Source: a virus (Duplodnaviria; Heunggongvirae; Uroviricota; Caudoviricetes). Taken from it: a stretch of DNA of 64,000 nt. Where the stretch lies: the IMG/VR virus record IMGVR_UViG_3300046543_000050; one strand, given 5' to 3'. Below are positions 36,789 to 46,007 of this stretch, one piece after another (positions within the stretch are counted from its first letter, which is position 1; each line of letters starts with the position of its first letter). A program made the position numbers and the translations under genes. A model generated the notes under the pieces. The model saw nothing but the letters and a program-made list of their open reading frames with translations, was not told the DNA's origin and did no database searches.

Positions 36789-37892
36789 ATGTCCCAACAA
36801 TATGATGCAGTAGTTTATCGTGGCCGGTTCCAAGGCTTCCACGATGCGCACCTTTCAACGATCCTGTTGGCATTGGAACATGGCAAGAAGGTTATCGTGG
36901 TCATTGGCAGTGCTGGCGAACCGCGAACCTTCTACCGCAATCCGTTCTATGCAGTTGAGCGGATTGAAGTGATCAAGGAATCGTTAACCTTCAATCCCCG
37001 TCGAGATGACATTTCATTTGTCGAGATTGAAGACAATCCGTCCGATGAAGTATGGGCTGATAACGTAGTTGCATCAGTGAACCGCGAAGTTGGTCGTCTG
37101 TTCGAAGATACCAGCAAAGAAACTCGCGTCATCAGCTACAAGGTCGCGCAGATTGGCTTCAAGAAAGATGCAGACTGCGTTCGTGATGTCGCATTGTTCC
37201 CGGATTGGGAGTACATCAGCACTCCGCACTTCGTACCTGTAAACGGGACCGATGTCCGCGACATCCTGTTCAGTGATAAACCACTATCGTTCTTGCGCGG
37301 CGTCTGTCCGTCTGGGACCGTCGAATTCTTCGAACGCTTCCGTAAGACCATCGACTTTGCCGAACTGATGGCAGAGAAGAAGTACGTCGAGAACTATCGC
37401 AAAGCATTCGCCAGTCTGGAATATGAACCCACGTTCGTCACTGGCGACAACGTTGCGTTTCAAGACGACACGGTTCTTCTGGTGAAGCGCAAGAATCATC
37501 CGGGCAAGGGTCTGTGGGCGCTTCCGGCTGGTTACTTCAATGCCGCTGACCGTGTGACCAAGCGTGGTGAAGTCGTCAAGGCTGACAAGACCGTGTTCGA
37601 CTGTGCAGTCCGCGAACTATTCGAAGAAACCAAGGCCAACGTGACGAAGGAACAACTTCGTGATGCCGTGGTCGGTAACGCGGTATTCGAAGCTGAAGGA
37701 CGCGATCCGCGTGGCCGTATCGTGACCCATGTGTTCGTCTATAACTTCGATGGTCAAGAAGTGTTCGATGTTGAAGCCGCCGATGATGCGGACGAAGTTC
37801 GACGCTTCCACATCCGCGAAGTTCACCGTCGAATGATGTATGCCGATCACTACGACATCGTTCGTTGGGCGTACTCGCAGTACAAGAACTGA
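36789..37892 (+). CDS. natV: bifunctional NMN adenylyltransferase / Nudix hydrolase (NadM-Nudix, NatV-like)
   Basis: N-terminal nucleotidyltransferase motif VYRGRFQGFHDAHLS (HxxH-type); C-terminal Nudix box ELFEETK; adjacent to NAMPT. Confidence 0.8.
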   Translation: MSQQYDAVVYRGRFQGFHDAHLSTILLALEHGKKVIVVIGSAGEPRTFYRNPFYAVERIEVIKESLTFNPRRDDISFVEIEDNPSDEVWADNVVASVNREVGRLFEDTSKETRVISYKVAQIGFKKDADCVRDVALFPDWEYISTPHFVPVNGTDVRDILFSDKPLSFLRGVCPSGTVEFFERFRKTIDFAELMAEKKYVENYRKAFASLEYEPTFVTGDNVAFQDDTVLLVKRKNHPGKGLWALPAGYFNAADRVTKRGEVVKADKTVFDCAVRELFEETKANVTKEQLRDAVVGNAVFEAEGRDPRGRIVTHVFVYNFDGQEVFDVEAADDADEVRRFHIREVHRRMMYADHYDIVRWAYSQYKN

Positions 37893-37917
37893 ACAACTAC
37901 AGGAAACCAAGAGCAAC

Positions 37918-39273
37918 ATGTACTTTCAGAATATCCAACTAGAACAAAACTTCGTCCTTGAATCGGACTCCTACAAGTACTCGCACGTCCCGGAAGTCTA
38001 CCCGGAAGGCACTGAAGCATTGCACGCGTATCTGTCGGCGCGCGTGAAGGGTTCGCGTGTGGTGCAGTTCGGTCTTCAGATGTGGATCAAGAAGAAGCTA
38101 CTGGCCCCGATCACGCGTCGCATGGTCGATGAAGCCGAAGTATTCATGACGAAGCATATCGGTCCCGGTGGCTTCAACCGTGCGATGTGGGACCGCATCG
38201 TGAACTACTATGGCGGTTTCATTCCGCTGACGATCCGTGGTCTGCCCGAAGGTACGGTCACGGATAGCTACGATACGTTGGTCACGGTTGAGTGTGATGA
38301 TCCGGTTTGTTTCCCGCTGGCACAGTTCATCGAAGCTTCGTTGCAATCCGACCTCTGGTACAGCACGACCATCGCGACGAACGATCTGGAAAACTACGAA
38401 GTCGCCAAGTCGCATTTCAACTTGTTCTCCGATCAACCGTTCCTGTTGCCGTTCATGTTGCATGACTTCGGTGCGCGCGGCGTGACCTGTGAAGAACAAC
38501 GTCAGATCGGCGGCGCTGCGCACTTGGTGTTCTTCCAAGGTTCGGACACGATCAGCGGCATCCGTGCAGCGAATCTGTTCTACAACTGTGAGATGGCCGG
38601 TTACAGCGTCCGCGCGACCGAACATAGTATCCAGTGCGCCTACGGCCCCGAAGGGCAAGAAGCCTACATCCAACGCGTTCTGGATGCACATGCGAAGCCG
38701 GGTAACATCGTGTCGCTGGTGCTCGATGGCTACAACGTCTGGCGTGAGGCTGAACTGCTGTGTACGAAGTTCAAGCAACAGATCATCGATAGTGGCGCGA
38801 AGATCGTCTTCCGTCCTGATTCGGGCGACATGTTCGAAGTGGTTCCGCGTCTTCTGGAAATGCAAGCTGAAGCGTTCGGCTACACGGTGAACAGCAAGAA
38901 GAAAAAGGTCATCAACCATGTCGGCCTGATCCAAGGTGACGGCATCGACAAGACGACTTTCATGTTGATGATGCAGAAGGTTGTCTCGCTTGGCTATGCC
39001 CCTGAGTGCGTCGTCATGGGTTCTGGTGGCGGTCTGCTTCAGAAGGTCAACCGTGATACCCTGAAGTTCGCACAGAAGGCCGCTGCGATCAAGATCAATG
39101 GTAAGTGGATCGACGTGTTCAAAGACCCCATTACCGATCCGGGCAAGAAGTCGAAGACCGGTCTACAAGACGATCCGCGATTCGTGACCTTCTACACGGT
39201 TGACGAAGGTTTGATGGTCGATGAATCACTGGCGACGATTCGTGAACGTGCGTTGGCTGGCGCTGTGGTGTAA
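37918..39273 (+). CDS. nadV: nicotinamide phosphoribosyltransferase (NAMPT / NadV)
   Basis: NFVLESDSYKYSH N-terminal NAMPT motif; ~451 aa; follows the NMNAT gene. Confidence 0.8.
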   Translation: MYFQNIQLEQNFVLESDSYKYSHVPEVYPEGTEALHAYLSARVKGSRVVQFGLQMWIKKKLLAPITRRMVDEAEVFMTKHIGPGGFNRAMWDRIVNYYGGFIPLTIRGLPEGTVTDSYDTLVTVECDDPVCFPLAQFIEASLQSDLWYSTTIATNDLENYEVAKSHFNLFSDQPFLLPFMLHDFGARGVTCEEQRQIGGAAHLVFFQGSDTISGIRAANLFYNCEMAGYSVRATEHSIQCAYGPEGQEAYIQRVLDAHAKPGNIVSLVLDGYNVWREAELLCTKFKQQIIDSGAKIVFRPDSGDMFEVVPRLLEMQAEAFGYTVNSKKKKVINHVGLIQGDGIDKTTFMLMMQKVVSLGYAPECVVMGSGGGLLQKVNRDTLKFAQKAAAIKINGKWIDVFKDPITDPGKKSKTGLQDDPRFVTFYTVDEGLMVDESLATIRERALAGAVV

Positions 39274-39288
39274 TTCCCAAAGTTGTAG

Positions 39289-39317
39289 TTGACTTTGAAC
39301 GAACCGACGAGTATGAT
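39289..39317 (+). promoter_or_regulatory. early promoter TTGACT-N17-TATGAT preceded by AATTCCCAAAGTTG and carrying inverted repeat GAACCGAC/GTCGGTTC flanking the -10
   Basis: taattcccaaagttgtagttgactttgaacgaaccgacgagtatgattcttcttgtcggttcc. Confidence 0.55.
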
Positions 39318-39349
39318 TCTTCTTGTCGGTTCCAACAGGAGAGATTGAC

Positions 39350-39652
39350 ATGACGAAACGTACATTCGAAGAACGCGTGAAGTTTGACTACGGCTTCCTG
39401 ATCGGCCACAAGTACCCGGTACGTCTGGCGAAGAACGGTGTCCAGTCCCGCTTCGCTGTGATCTTCATCCCGACTCGTGGCCGTCCGCGTCTGATGATCA
39501 AGACGCATCTGCACGCCAACGTCTACGCCATCAACACGTCAATCATCGACAAGGATGATCTGGTCTTCCTCGGCTATTCGTCCAAGGTCGCTGATGTGGA
39601 CGAATTCAATCTGCTGATCGCGGACCCGGATGCCAAAGTGATCGAATTCTGA
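39350..39652 (+). CDS. hypothetical protein (100 aa)
   Basis: RBS aggagagattgac. Confidence 0.45.
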   Translation: MTKRTFEERVKFDYGFLIGHKYPVRLAKNGVQSRFAVIFIPTRGRPRLMIKTHLHANVYAINTSIIDKDDLVFLGYSSKVADVDEFNLLIADPDAKVIEF

Positions 39653-39727
39653 TTCCCACGTTTGGGTGTTGACAAAGGATTCTCGAATCTGTAGAATCCT
39701 TTCCATCGTAACGAACAGGAGATAGAC

Positions 39728-40018
39728 ATGGCAATCACAGTCAAAACGAACAACGTCCCGCGCGATCTGATCTACGGTCACGAACTGTCCGAGAAAGAAG
39801 CGAAGGAATTCGACTACATCGATTCCGAAGACATGCTCAGTCATCAGTTCTTCCGGTTCAAGGGCCAAGTCTACGATGCGTCGGACTTCATGCGCGCCAC
39901 GGACATCGCCGACCTGAAGGGTTGGGACGGCTACGCGTCGGATTCGTACTTCTCTGGCACGGTCATCAAGTTCGTGGATAACTTCGAACGGGTCATCGTC
40001 GGCACCTATTTCAGCTAA
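39728..40018 (+). CDS. hypothetical protein (96 aa)
   Basis: Promoter TTGACA 39667 with inverted repeat AGGATTC/GAATCCT across the -10 TAGAAT; RBS caggagatag. Confidence 0.45.
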   Translation: MAITVKTNNVPRDLIYGHELSEKEAKEFDYIDSEDMLSHQFFRFKGQVYDASDFMRATDIADLKGWDGYASDSYFSGTVIKFVDNFERVIVGTYFS

Positions 40019-40029
40019 AGGACTGCATC

Positions 40030-40344
40030 ATGAAACATCTTTTCAAGAACGACCACGACCGCAAGCTGGCGATCAAGCTATTGAAGAAGGCCAAGAAGCT
40101 GATCCGCAACGAAAGTGAGACATTCGTATGTCTCGCGATCAGTGAAGCCGCGTCGCTGGATTACGCCAACACATACAAAACCTCTTACGCGCTTCGAGAG
40201 GAAATCGAACGACGCATTGAACCATATGGCACGGTGACGAGTTGGTTGAATTCTATCCATGATGACGCATGGGATGCATCGACATCAGAAATCGTTCAGT
40301 ATCGCATCCGTTGGATTGACAGCATGATCAAGGAATTGAAATGA
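40030..40344 (+). CDS. hypothetical protein (104 aa)
   Basis: ORF. Confidence 0.45.
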   Translation: MKHLFKNDHDRKLAIKLLKKAKKLIRNESETFVCLAISEAASLDYANTYKTSYALREEIERRIEPYGTVTSWLNSIHDDAWDASTSEIVQYRIRWIDSMIKELK

Positions 40345-40700
40345 CATCGCGCAGGGCAAAAGGCAACGTCACCGAAGCGGACGTTGGTAAGTGGGCCAAT
40401 CTCGATTCCATCTTCTATGATGGAATCTGTGGCCGTCCGTGGACTATCACGGCAGTCTCAAAGTCGCGGGTCTACGTGAAGTCCGCTCGCGTGGTACGAG
40501 ACGGAGAATATGTTGAAGAAAAATACGTCTCCGCAAAGACCGTCAAGTTTGTGTCTGATACCGAAGAAGAAGCTGAACGGTTCCATGAACTCGGTGAAGC
40601 CCAAATGAGCGAATTGAGAGCGGTCGAGAAGGCCGTCAAGAAGAAGTACCGTGAAGAAATCGACAAACTTGTAGTTGACACGGATTCCCAAGTCCGGTAG
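40341..40700 (+). CDS. hypothetical protein (119 aa)
   Basis: Coupled ORF. Confidence 0.45.
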   Translation: MTSRRAKGNVTEADVGKWANLDSIFYDGICGRPWTITAVSKSRVYVKSARVVRDGEYVEEKYVSAKTVKFVSDTEEEAERFHELGEAQMSELRAVEKAVKKKYREEIDKLVVDTDSQVR

Positions 40701-40737
40701 AATTCTTCTTCTCGAATGACGACGCGGAGAAACAAAC

Positions 40738-41085
40738 ATGTTCTTTACTGCATTTGGCACCGTGTTGTTCTGGCTGATGGTTGGTCACGCTGTGGCCGAC
40801 TTCGCTCTGCAATCCGACTTCATGGCGAAAGCAAAGAATCGTCATACGGATGCCGGGAAGACGTACTGGCCCTATGCCCTGTTCGCGCACTCGATGATCC
40901 ACGGCGGTGCTGTGGCCGCAGTAACCGGTTCCGTAATCCTCGGCTGTGTCGAAGCCGTGATCCACGCGCTGACCGATTTCTGGAAGTGTGAAGGGAAGCT
41001 GTCGCTGAAGCAGGACCAATTCATCCACATCGGATGTAAAGTAGTCTACGCCGCGATGGTTGCGGTCGTTGCCAATCACCAGTGA
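40738..41085 (+). CDS. integral membrane protein (115 aa)
   Basis: Three or four predicted TM helices. Confidence 0.45.
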   Translation: MFFTAFGTVLFWLMVGHAVADFALQSDFMAKAKNRHTDAGKTYWPYALFAHSMIHGGAVAAVTGSVILGCVEAVIHALTDFWKCEGKLSLKQDQFIHIGCKVVYAAMVAVVANHQ

Positions 41086-41097
41086 GGATTTGACATC

Positions 41098-41343
41098 ATG
41101 ACGACATTTGCACCGTGGTTCAAGCGCTTCAACGAAGAAAAAGGTATCGACGGCGAGACGGCCATTCAAGTCGAGGGACCGTCTGGCATCAATCACATGA
41201 CGATCCAGAACGTGTTCAATGCGATCCTCAATACGAGTGCGGGTGAACAGGCCGCAATCAAGGAAATGCTGATTCGGATCGACTTCAACAACGGCGACGT
41301 GGTTGACTACTACAAGCATCTCGCCAAGGCCATCGCACTGTAA
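41098..41343 (+). CDS. hypothetical protein (81 aa)
   Basis: ORF. Confidence 0.4.
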   Translation: MTTFAPWFKRFNEEKGIDGETAIQVEGPSGINHMTIQNVFNAILNTSAGEQAAIKEMLIRIDFNNGDVVDYYKHLAKAIAL

Positions 41344-41455
41344 CGAAGTCAGCGGGTACAACCGGTGAAGTCCGGTCGGGTGATCTGTGAACAGGGACAC
41401 CCGCTACGCCCATTACCCCAAACATCAATCTAAGTGAACTAGAGGAATAAGAAAA

Positions 41456-42484
41456 GTGAAGAAATGGATTCTTGGTGTTCTGTTGTCCTTAGTAACGGTC
41501 ATGGCGTTCGCCCTGCCGTCCCCGCGTCAGATCGAAGACGCTCTCGCGAATGGTCGCTTCACAGAAGCCCAATCGATGGTGTCGCAAGTCCTCAGTGAAC
41601 GACCCGATTCCGCGCGTGCTCACCTGTTGAACGCGTACCTCTTGGTCCATGTGCAGCACGACAAGACAGCCGCGAACGCTGAACTCAATACGGCAGTCGG
41701 TCTTGACCAGAAAGGCGACGTGAAGAACAGTCCGCTGATGGGTCGAGTAGTCGGCGAGATTGACGCACAACCCGCCGCTGCGCCGCCCGCGAGACACCAG
41801 ACCGTGCAGAGTACCCCGGTGGTACAGCAAGCCGCTGTAAGCCCTGTGGTGCAGTATCAACCCGAGCAAAAGAGTGGTCATGGTTTCGCGATCTTCTCTG
41901 TCGTCTTGTTCTTCGGCGCTGTCGGTGTACTGGCCTACCTGTTGATCCGTGGCGCAAATCGTCGTGAAGGTGAACGTCTGGACCGGACTGCGTATAACCC
42001 GTACAGTTCGCCCCGACGCATTCAAAGTGCCCCGAGTGCATCGTTGCCGTACAACAGTGGCCCACAGCCGTCACCGTTTGATCCGTGGCTGACCACGCCG
42101 CCGCAAGTGATCCATCAAGCACAGCCGGTGATCGTGCAGCAAGCCCCGCAACAATCTTTTGGTAGTCAAGTCGCAGCAACGGCGACCGGTGTTGTCGCTG
42201 GTGAACTGATTCACGACGCAATTGTCGGTAGCCATCGACGTTCCCAAACGTGGGAAGAACCTGTGCGATCATATCGCGAACCGGTTCGGGAAACCGCGTA
42301 TCGTGACACTCCCGCGCCAGTTCGTGAAGAAAGCCCGGTGACGTATCAGAACGAACGTAGGTCGTTCAGTTCGGGTGACGATGATAGCTGGACGAAGCCC
42401 GCGCCGTCAGTGTTTTCCAGCGGTTCGGACGACAACAACACTTGGCAATCGGACCCGACGCCAAGCAACAATGATGGTTGGTGA
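41456..42484 (+). CDS. membrane protein: signal/TM, TPR-like helical region, internal TM, Pro/Gln-rich tail (342 aa, GTG start)
   Basis: RBS gaggaataag 8 nt before the GTG; hydrophobic segments at N-terminus and ~res 150. Confidence 0.5.
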   Translation: MKKWILGVLLSLVTVMAFALPSPRQIEDALANGRFTEAQSMVSQVLSERPDSARAHLLNAYLLVHVQHDKTAANAELNTAVGLDQKGDVKNSPLMGRVVGEIDAQPAAAPPARHQTVQSTPVVQQAAVSPVVQYQPEQKSGHGFAIFSVVLFFGAVGVLAYLLIRGANRREGERLDRTAYNPYSSPRRIQSAPSASLPYNSGPQPSPFDPWLTTPPQVIHQAQPVIVQQAPQQSFGSQVAATATGVVAGELIHDAIVGSHRRSQTWEEPVRSYREPVRETAYRDTPAPVREESPVTYQNERRSFSSGDDDSWTKPAPSVFSSGSDDNNTWQSDPTPSNNDGW

Positions 42485-42610
42485 TGGTTGGTAAAAAGAA
42501 CGTGTAGTCTTTTCACAAACTTGTAATTAGGTGTTGACCTCTAACTCGATTCAGCGTACAATTGCTTCTGTCGGTTGAGCAAACAACACCACTTCTGGGA
42601 GTATCCAAAC

Positions 42611-42862
42611 ATGCAGTTCCGCACTACCGAAGTTCATGGCATTTTCGTGTATGATATGTCCGAAGGTTTTGTTTGGTCCGAGAAGGTTAAGGACTATTAC
42701 AACAAGGGCGACGTGATCGACGTTGACTTTGACGTGGTGATCGAGACGCACTTCACAAGCGATTACCTCAACGGCAAGCTGGTTCCGGTGGACGACGAAG
42801 CGAAGGCATGGACGCTTCCCCTCTTGGAAATGACTCACGAAGTTGTTGCAGAAGTAATGTAA
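42611..42862 (+). CDS. hypothetical protein (83 aa)
   Basis: Promoter TTGACC 42531 / TACAAT; RBS ctgggagtat. Confidence 0.4.
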   Translation: MQFRTTEVHGIFVYDMSEGFVWSEKVKDYYNKGDVIDVDFDVVIETHFTSDYLNGKLVPVDDEAKAWTLPLLEMTHEVVAEVM

Positions 42863-42922
42863 ACACGCGTGGTGTAGTTGTAAAAGATTCATCCCTCCCA
42901 CGATGTATTGCCGGAAACAAAA

Positions 42923-43297
42923 ATGACAACACTCAATTTCACCCACACGCTGTCCGACTTCAACCGTTACAACATCGAAAACGGTGCTACCAGAATCGAC
43001 GTTCAGTACACGCTCGATGCAGTTGAAACAAATCGCATCATCGCTGACGCAGAAGATCAAATCCTGATCGGCAACCTGAAAGATCGCGGTTACGTAATCA
43101 TGACCGACGAAGATGCAGAAGGCTTGGATGCCGATGTCGAAGGTGGCGAGATTTTGCAAGACTTGTCGTATGGTCTGCTCGGTGCGATCAAGCAACAGAA
43201 CTCTGACCTCACCCTGAAGTTGCTGGAAGCCATCATCTTTGGCGCGACCGGCGAACAGATCGAACTCCGTACCGAAAACAAACTCAGTTTCGCATAA
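42923..43297 (+). CDS. hypothetical acidic protein (124 aa)
   Basis: ORF. Confidence 0.45.
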   Translation: MTTLNFTHTLSDFNRYNIENGATRIDVQYTLDAVETNRIIADAEDQILIGNLKDRGYVIMTDEDAEGLDADVEGGEILQDLSYGLLGAIKQQNSDLTLKLLEAIIFGATGEQIELRTENKLSFA

Positions 43298-43327
43298 CCC
43301 ATCAACAGAAGTAGAGAACTAAAACGC

Positions 43328-43630
43328 ATGTCGAATAACCTGATCAACAGTCCCGAAGCAAAGAAGCGTTTCAACAACAAGCTGTCGGAAATCTCGGCGT
43401 CCTTCACCCGCGTTGAAGCTGAACGCGATCTGGTGAAGACCATCGTCTCCGACCTCGCTGAAGAATTCCAGATCGACAAGAAGATCGTCAATCTGCTGGC
43501 CCGCACGTACCATAAGTCGGACTTCAAAGAGAAGGTCGCAGAGAAGACCGAATTCGAAATCATCTACGAAACCATTACCGGCGAAAGCCCGGAAACGGCT
43601 GACACGTACAACGGCGAAGACGGCGAATGA
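43328..43630 (+). CDS. hypothetical protein (100 aa)
   Basis: ORF. Confidence 0.45.
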   Translation: MSNNLINSPEAKKRFNNKLSEISASFTRVEAERDLVKTIVSDLAEEFQIDKKIVNLLARTYHKSDFKEKVAEKTEFEIIYETITGESPETADTYNGEDGE

Positions 43631-43866
43631 TTTACGCGACCGAACAAGAAGCGAATGCCGCGATCAGCGCGAAGCTTGAATTGGCGGAAGCGCTGATCGA
43701 AGATGCAAAAGACATCGCAGAAGCGAATGGTGTCGATTTTAGATTCGATCTGGCCTACGGCATGGGCGGTCGCTACATCCCGGCAGCGGAATACAACGAC
43801 ACATGGCACCCCGAACGAGATAGTAAAGAACGTGGCGGATGGTATCCGTCATCGCAAAGCTGCTGA
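43627..43866 (+). CDS. paralog family member 1 (79 aa); C-terminus ...GGWYPSSQSC
   Basis: N-terminal helix A..L..A..IEDAKDIAEANGVDF then acidic W-rich tail ending in Cys. Confidence 0.5.
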   Translation: MIYATEQEANAAISAKLELAEALIEDAKDIAEANGVDFRFDLAYGMGGRYIPAAEYNDTWHPERDSKERGGWYPSSQSC

Positions 43867-43896
43867 ACCACACGTAACTAACTGAGAACGACCAAC

Positions 43897-44244
43897 ATGC
43901 AAGTAACCCGCGAAGAAGCCCAAATTTTCCTGAACCTGATCGGTGACGGTGCAACTACCGATGGGACGATGGATGTCCTCTACAAGATCAACAAGGCATA
44001 TCCCGATGTGCTTCGTGGTACGAAGTATCCGGCCTTGATTCGCGATCATCAAGAGGCACGTCAGAAGGTCGTCAAGTCGGCGATGGCCCGGATCAGTGAA
44101 TTCATTGCTGATGCGAAGGCATCGGTGGCGAAGGCCGAAGAAGTCGCGAAGAAGGCGAACGTGGGTTTCTCGCTGTGCCTTGGTGATGAAGATGCATCCA
44201 GCTTCTTCGATCCGAAAGATGGTTGGTCGTCCTCGAACTGCTGA
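43897..44244 (+). CDS. paralog family member 2 (115 aa); C-terminus ...DGWSSSNC
   Basis: ...AEEVAKKANVGFSLCLGDEDASSFFDPKDGWSSSNC. Confidence 0.5.
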   Translation: MQVTREEAQIFLNLIGDGATTDGTMDVLYKINKAYPDVLRGTKYPALIRDHQEARQKVVKSAMARISEFIADAKASVAKAEEVAKKANVGFSLCLGDEDASSFFDPKDGWSSSNC

Positions 44245-44251
44245 GACAAAC

Positions 44252-44476
44252 ATGACTGAAATCACGAAAGAACAGAAACAAGAAGCGGTCAAGAAGGTTG
44301 ATGAACAGTTGAACATCGCGCGAACTGCGATCAAAGAAGCTGAACGTCTGGCAATCGAATTCAAGGTGGACTTCTCTTTCAGCGTCGGAGATGGTTACGG
44401 CGACTTCGAGACTAACGAAAGCCGCGATGGAACCGTTTACGGCGAGTGGTACGGTTGGCAAGGTAGCAACTGCTGA
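44252..44476 (+). CDS. paralog family member 3 (74 aa); C-terminus ...YGWQGSNC
   Basis: ...EAERLAIEFKVDFSFSVGDGYGDF...GEWYGWQGSNC. Confidence 0.5.
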   Translation: MTEITKEQKQEAVKKVDEQLNIARTAIKEAERLAIEFKVDFSFSVGDGYGDFETNESRDGTVYGEWYGWQGSNC

Positions 44477-44802
44477 TGGAAGCCAAGTTCCTCACTGAAC
44501 GCAAGAAGGCGATCAAAGAGATTGCCAAGCTTGCTGATGCAATCAAGGCCAACATCAAGTCTATCGAACGAATGGCCGATGAGTTTGGTGTCCGGGTTGA
44601 ACTTGAACTTCCGGCAACGGGTTACAACGGTGATGTCTGGTACAAGCCGCGACCGCCACAAGCATTGGAAGATCAGTACAACGACCCCGATGCCGAAGAC
44701 GTTCCTTATATCGGCGGTACGGATTGGGAATGGGACGCGTCAGCGGAAGAAGACAACGACGGACACAAGTACGGTTGGAAGAATAGTTCATCACACTGCT
44801 GA
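44476..44802 (+). CDS. paralog family member 4 (108 aa); C-terminus ...YGWKNSSSHC
   Basis: ...SIERMADEFGVRVELELPATGYNGDVWY...KYGWKNSSSHC. Confidence 0.5.
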   Translation: MEAKFLTERKKAIKEIAKLADAIKANIKSIERMADEFGVRVELELPATGYNGDVWYKPRPPQALEDQYNDPDAEDVPYIGGTDWEWDASAEEDNDGHKYGWKNSSSHC

Positions 44803-44814
44803 GAAATAAACGAC

Positions 44815-45744
44815 ATGATCATTATCGGCTCTAAAGCACTGGCAGCGCACGGCATTCAAACCGGTCGCAAATCATTCGACATCGACGTAGTTGGTGAGTA
44901 CGATGCAATCGTGGACTACGCCAAGAAGTATCATGGCAACATCCGCGCGTGCTATCCGATTTCGGGTGGCAACAAGCTGGTCGTGAAGACCGATAGGACG
45001 ATCATCGAAGGTGAACTGACGTGGGAAGGGTCAAGCGCTGCGAACCTCGCAGAACTGATCCTGAACGATCCCAAGACGCTTCATGCACGCGACTTCGTTG
45101 GTCACAAGTTCGCATCGCCCGATGTCGCGTACATGCTCAAGATGTCGCATCGATATTTGAAGGATTCTCCGCACTTCAAGAAGACGATGACCGACATCAA
45201 GTTGCTGCGTCAACATGGCGCGACTATTCGACCTGAGCATCAAGCATTCTATGAACAACGGATGAAGGACACCTACGTCTACAATCATCCGAAGTTGGAC
45301 CAGTCGAAGAAAGACTTCTTCAACGGTGATGGCGTGAAGTATGTCTATGATCACGACAGCATCCACGAAGCTGTCAAGCATCTGGCGAAGCCCGCGTACA
45401 ACTACTACAAGCCGGACGAGAACGATGTCTACTGCTCGAAGGACTTATTCTTCAAGGCCGCGAATGTCATCCGTCTGTTTGGTGGTCTGGAAGAAGCGTA
45501 TGTCCTCGCACTCGAACGGTCACAAATCCCGTTCGGTGACTTGTGGAGTCCGAAGCGATCCTTCGACTTCGCATTGATGAAGGTCTGCACGTCGATCACG
45601 TCAGGATGGTTCCGCGAGTACTGTTGGGAGAATTACGATTTGATTCAATCGATGTACGATGACAACTACGTCGAGAAGTTCTGGGCCAAGGTATCGGCTG
45701 GCGAAGTGAAACCCTACAACGTTGAGGAAGATGTCTACGCATGA
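44815..45744 (+). CDS. hypothetical protein with Pol-beta-type nucleotidyltransferase-like N-terminal motif (309 aa)
   Basis: IIGSKALAAHGIQTGRKSFDIDVVGE fits hG[GS]-x9-13-DxD; sits inside the paralog cluster. Confidence 0.5.
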   Translation: MIIIGSKALAAHGIQTGRKSFDIDVVGEYDAIVDYAKKYHGNIRACYPISGGNKLVVKTDRTIIEGELTWEGSSAANLAELILNDPKTLHARDFVGHKFASPDVAYMLKMSHRYLKDSPHFKKTMTDIKLLRQHGATIRPEHQAFYEQRMKDTYVYNHPKLDQSKKDFFNGDGVKYVYDHDSIHEAVKHLAKPAYNYYKPDENDVYCSKDLFFKAANVIRLFGGLEEAYVLALERSQIPFGDLWSPKRSFDFALMKVCTSITSGWFREYCWENYDLIQSMYDDNYVEKFWAKVSAGEVKPYNVEEDVYA

Positions 45745-46001
45745 TCGAGAAAGATAAAGAACTGGTCACAAAGACCATCTATGCGAAGTTGGCGCTCGCC
45801 GACGCACTGATGGCCGAATGCGTGATGCTGGCAGAAGAAAGCGGCGTGTGCTTCGAACTGCCGTGGGGTGGTGAAGGTACACAACAACGCGGCATGGGTG
45901 CAGGTTACGTTCCCGAGACTGCGAGCGATCAGGACAAAGAGTGGAACATCACGAACTACGATGATTCCACAGGCTGGCAACCTTCGGCTGGAAGTTGTTA
46001 A
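45741..46001 (+). CDS. paralog family member 5 (86 aa); C-terminus ...TGWQPSAGSC
   Basis: ...ECVMLAEESGVCFELPWGGEG...DDSTGWQPSAGSC. Confidence 0.5.
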   Translation: MIEKDKELVTKTIYAKLALADALMAECVMLAEESGVCFELPWGGEGTQQRGMGAGYVPETASDQDKEWNITNYDDSTGWQPSAGSC

Positions 46002-46007
46002 AGGTAG

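Noticed and set aside
38098-38934. 278-aa minus-strand ORF
   Set aside because: Antisense to the NAMPT gene.
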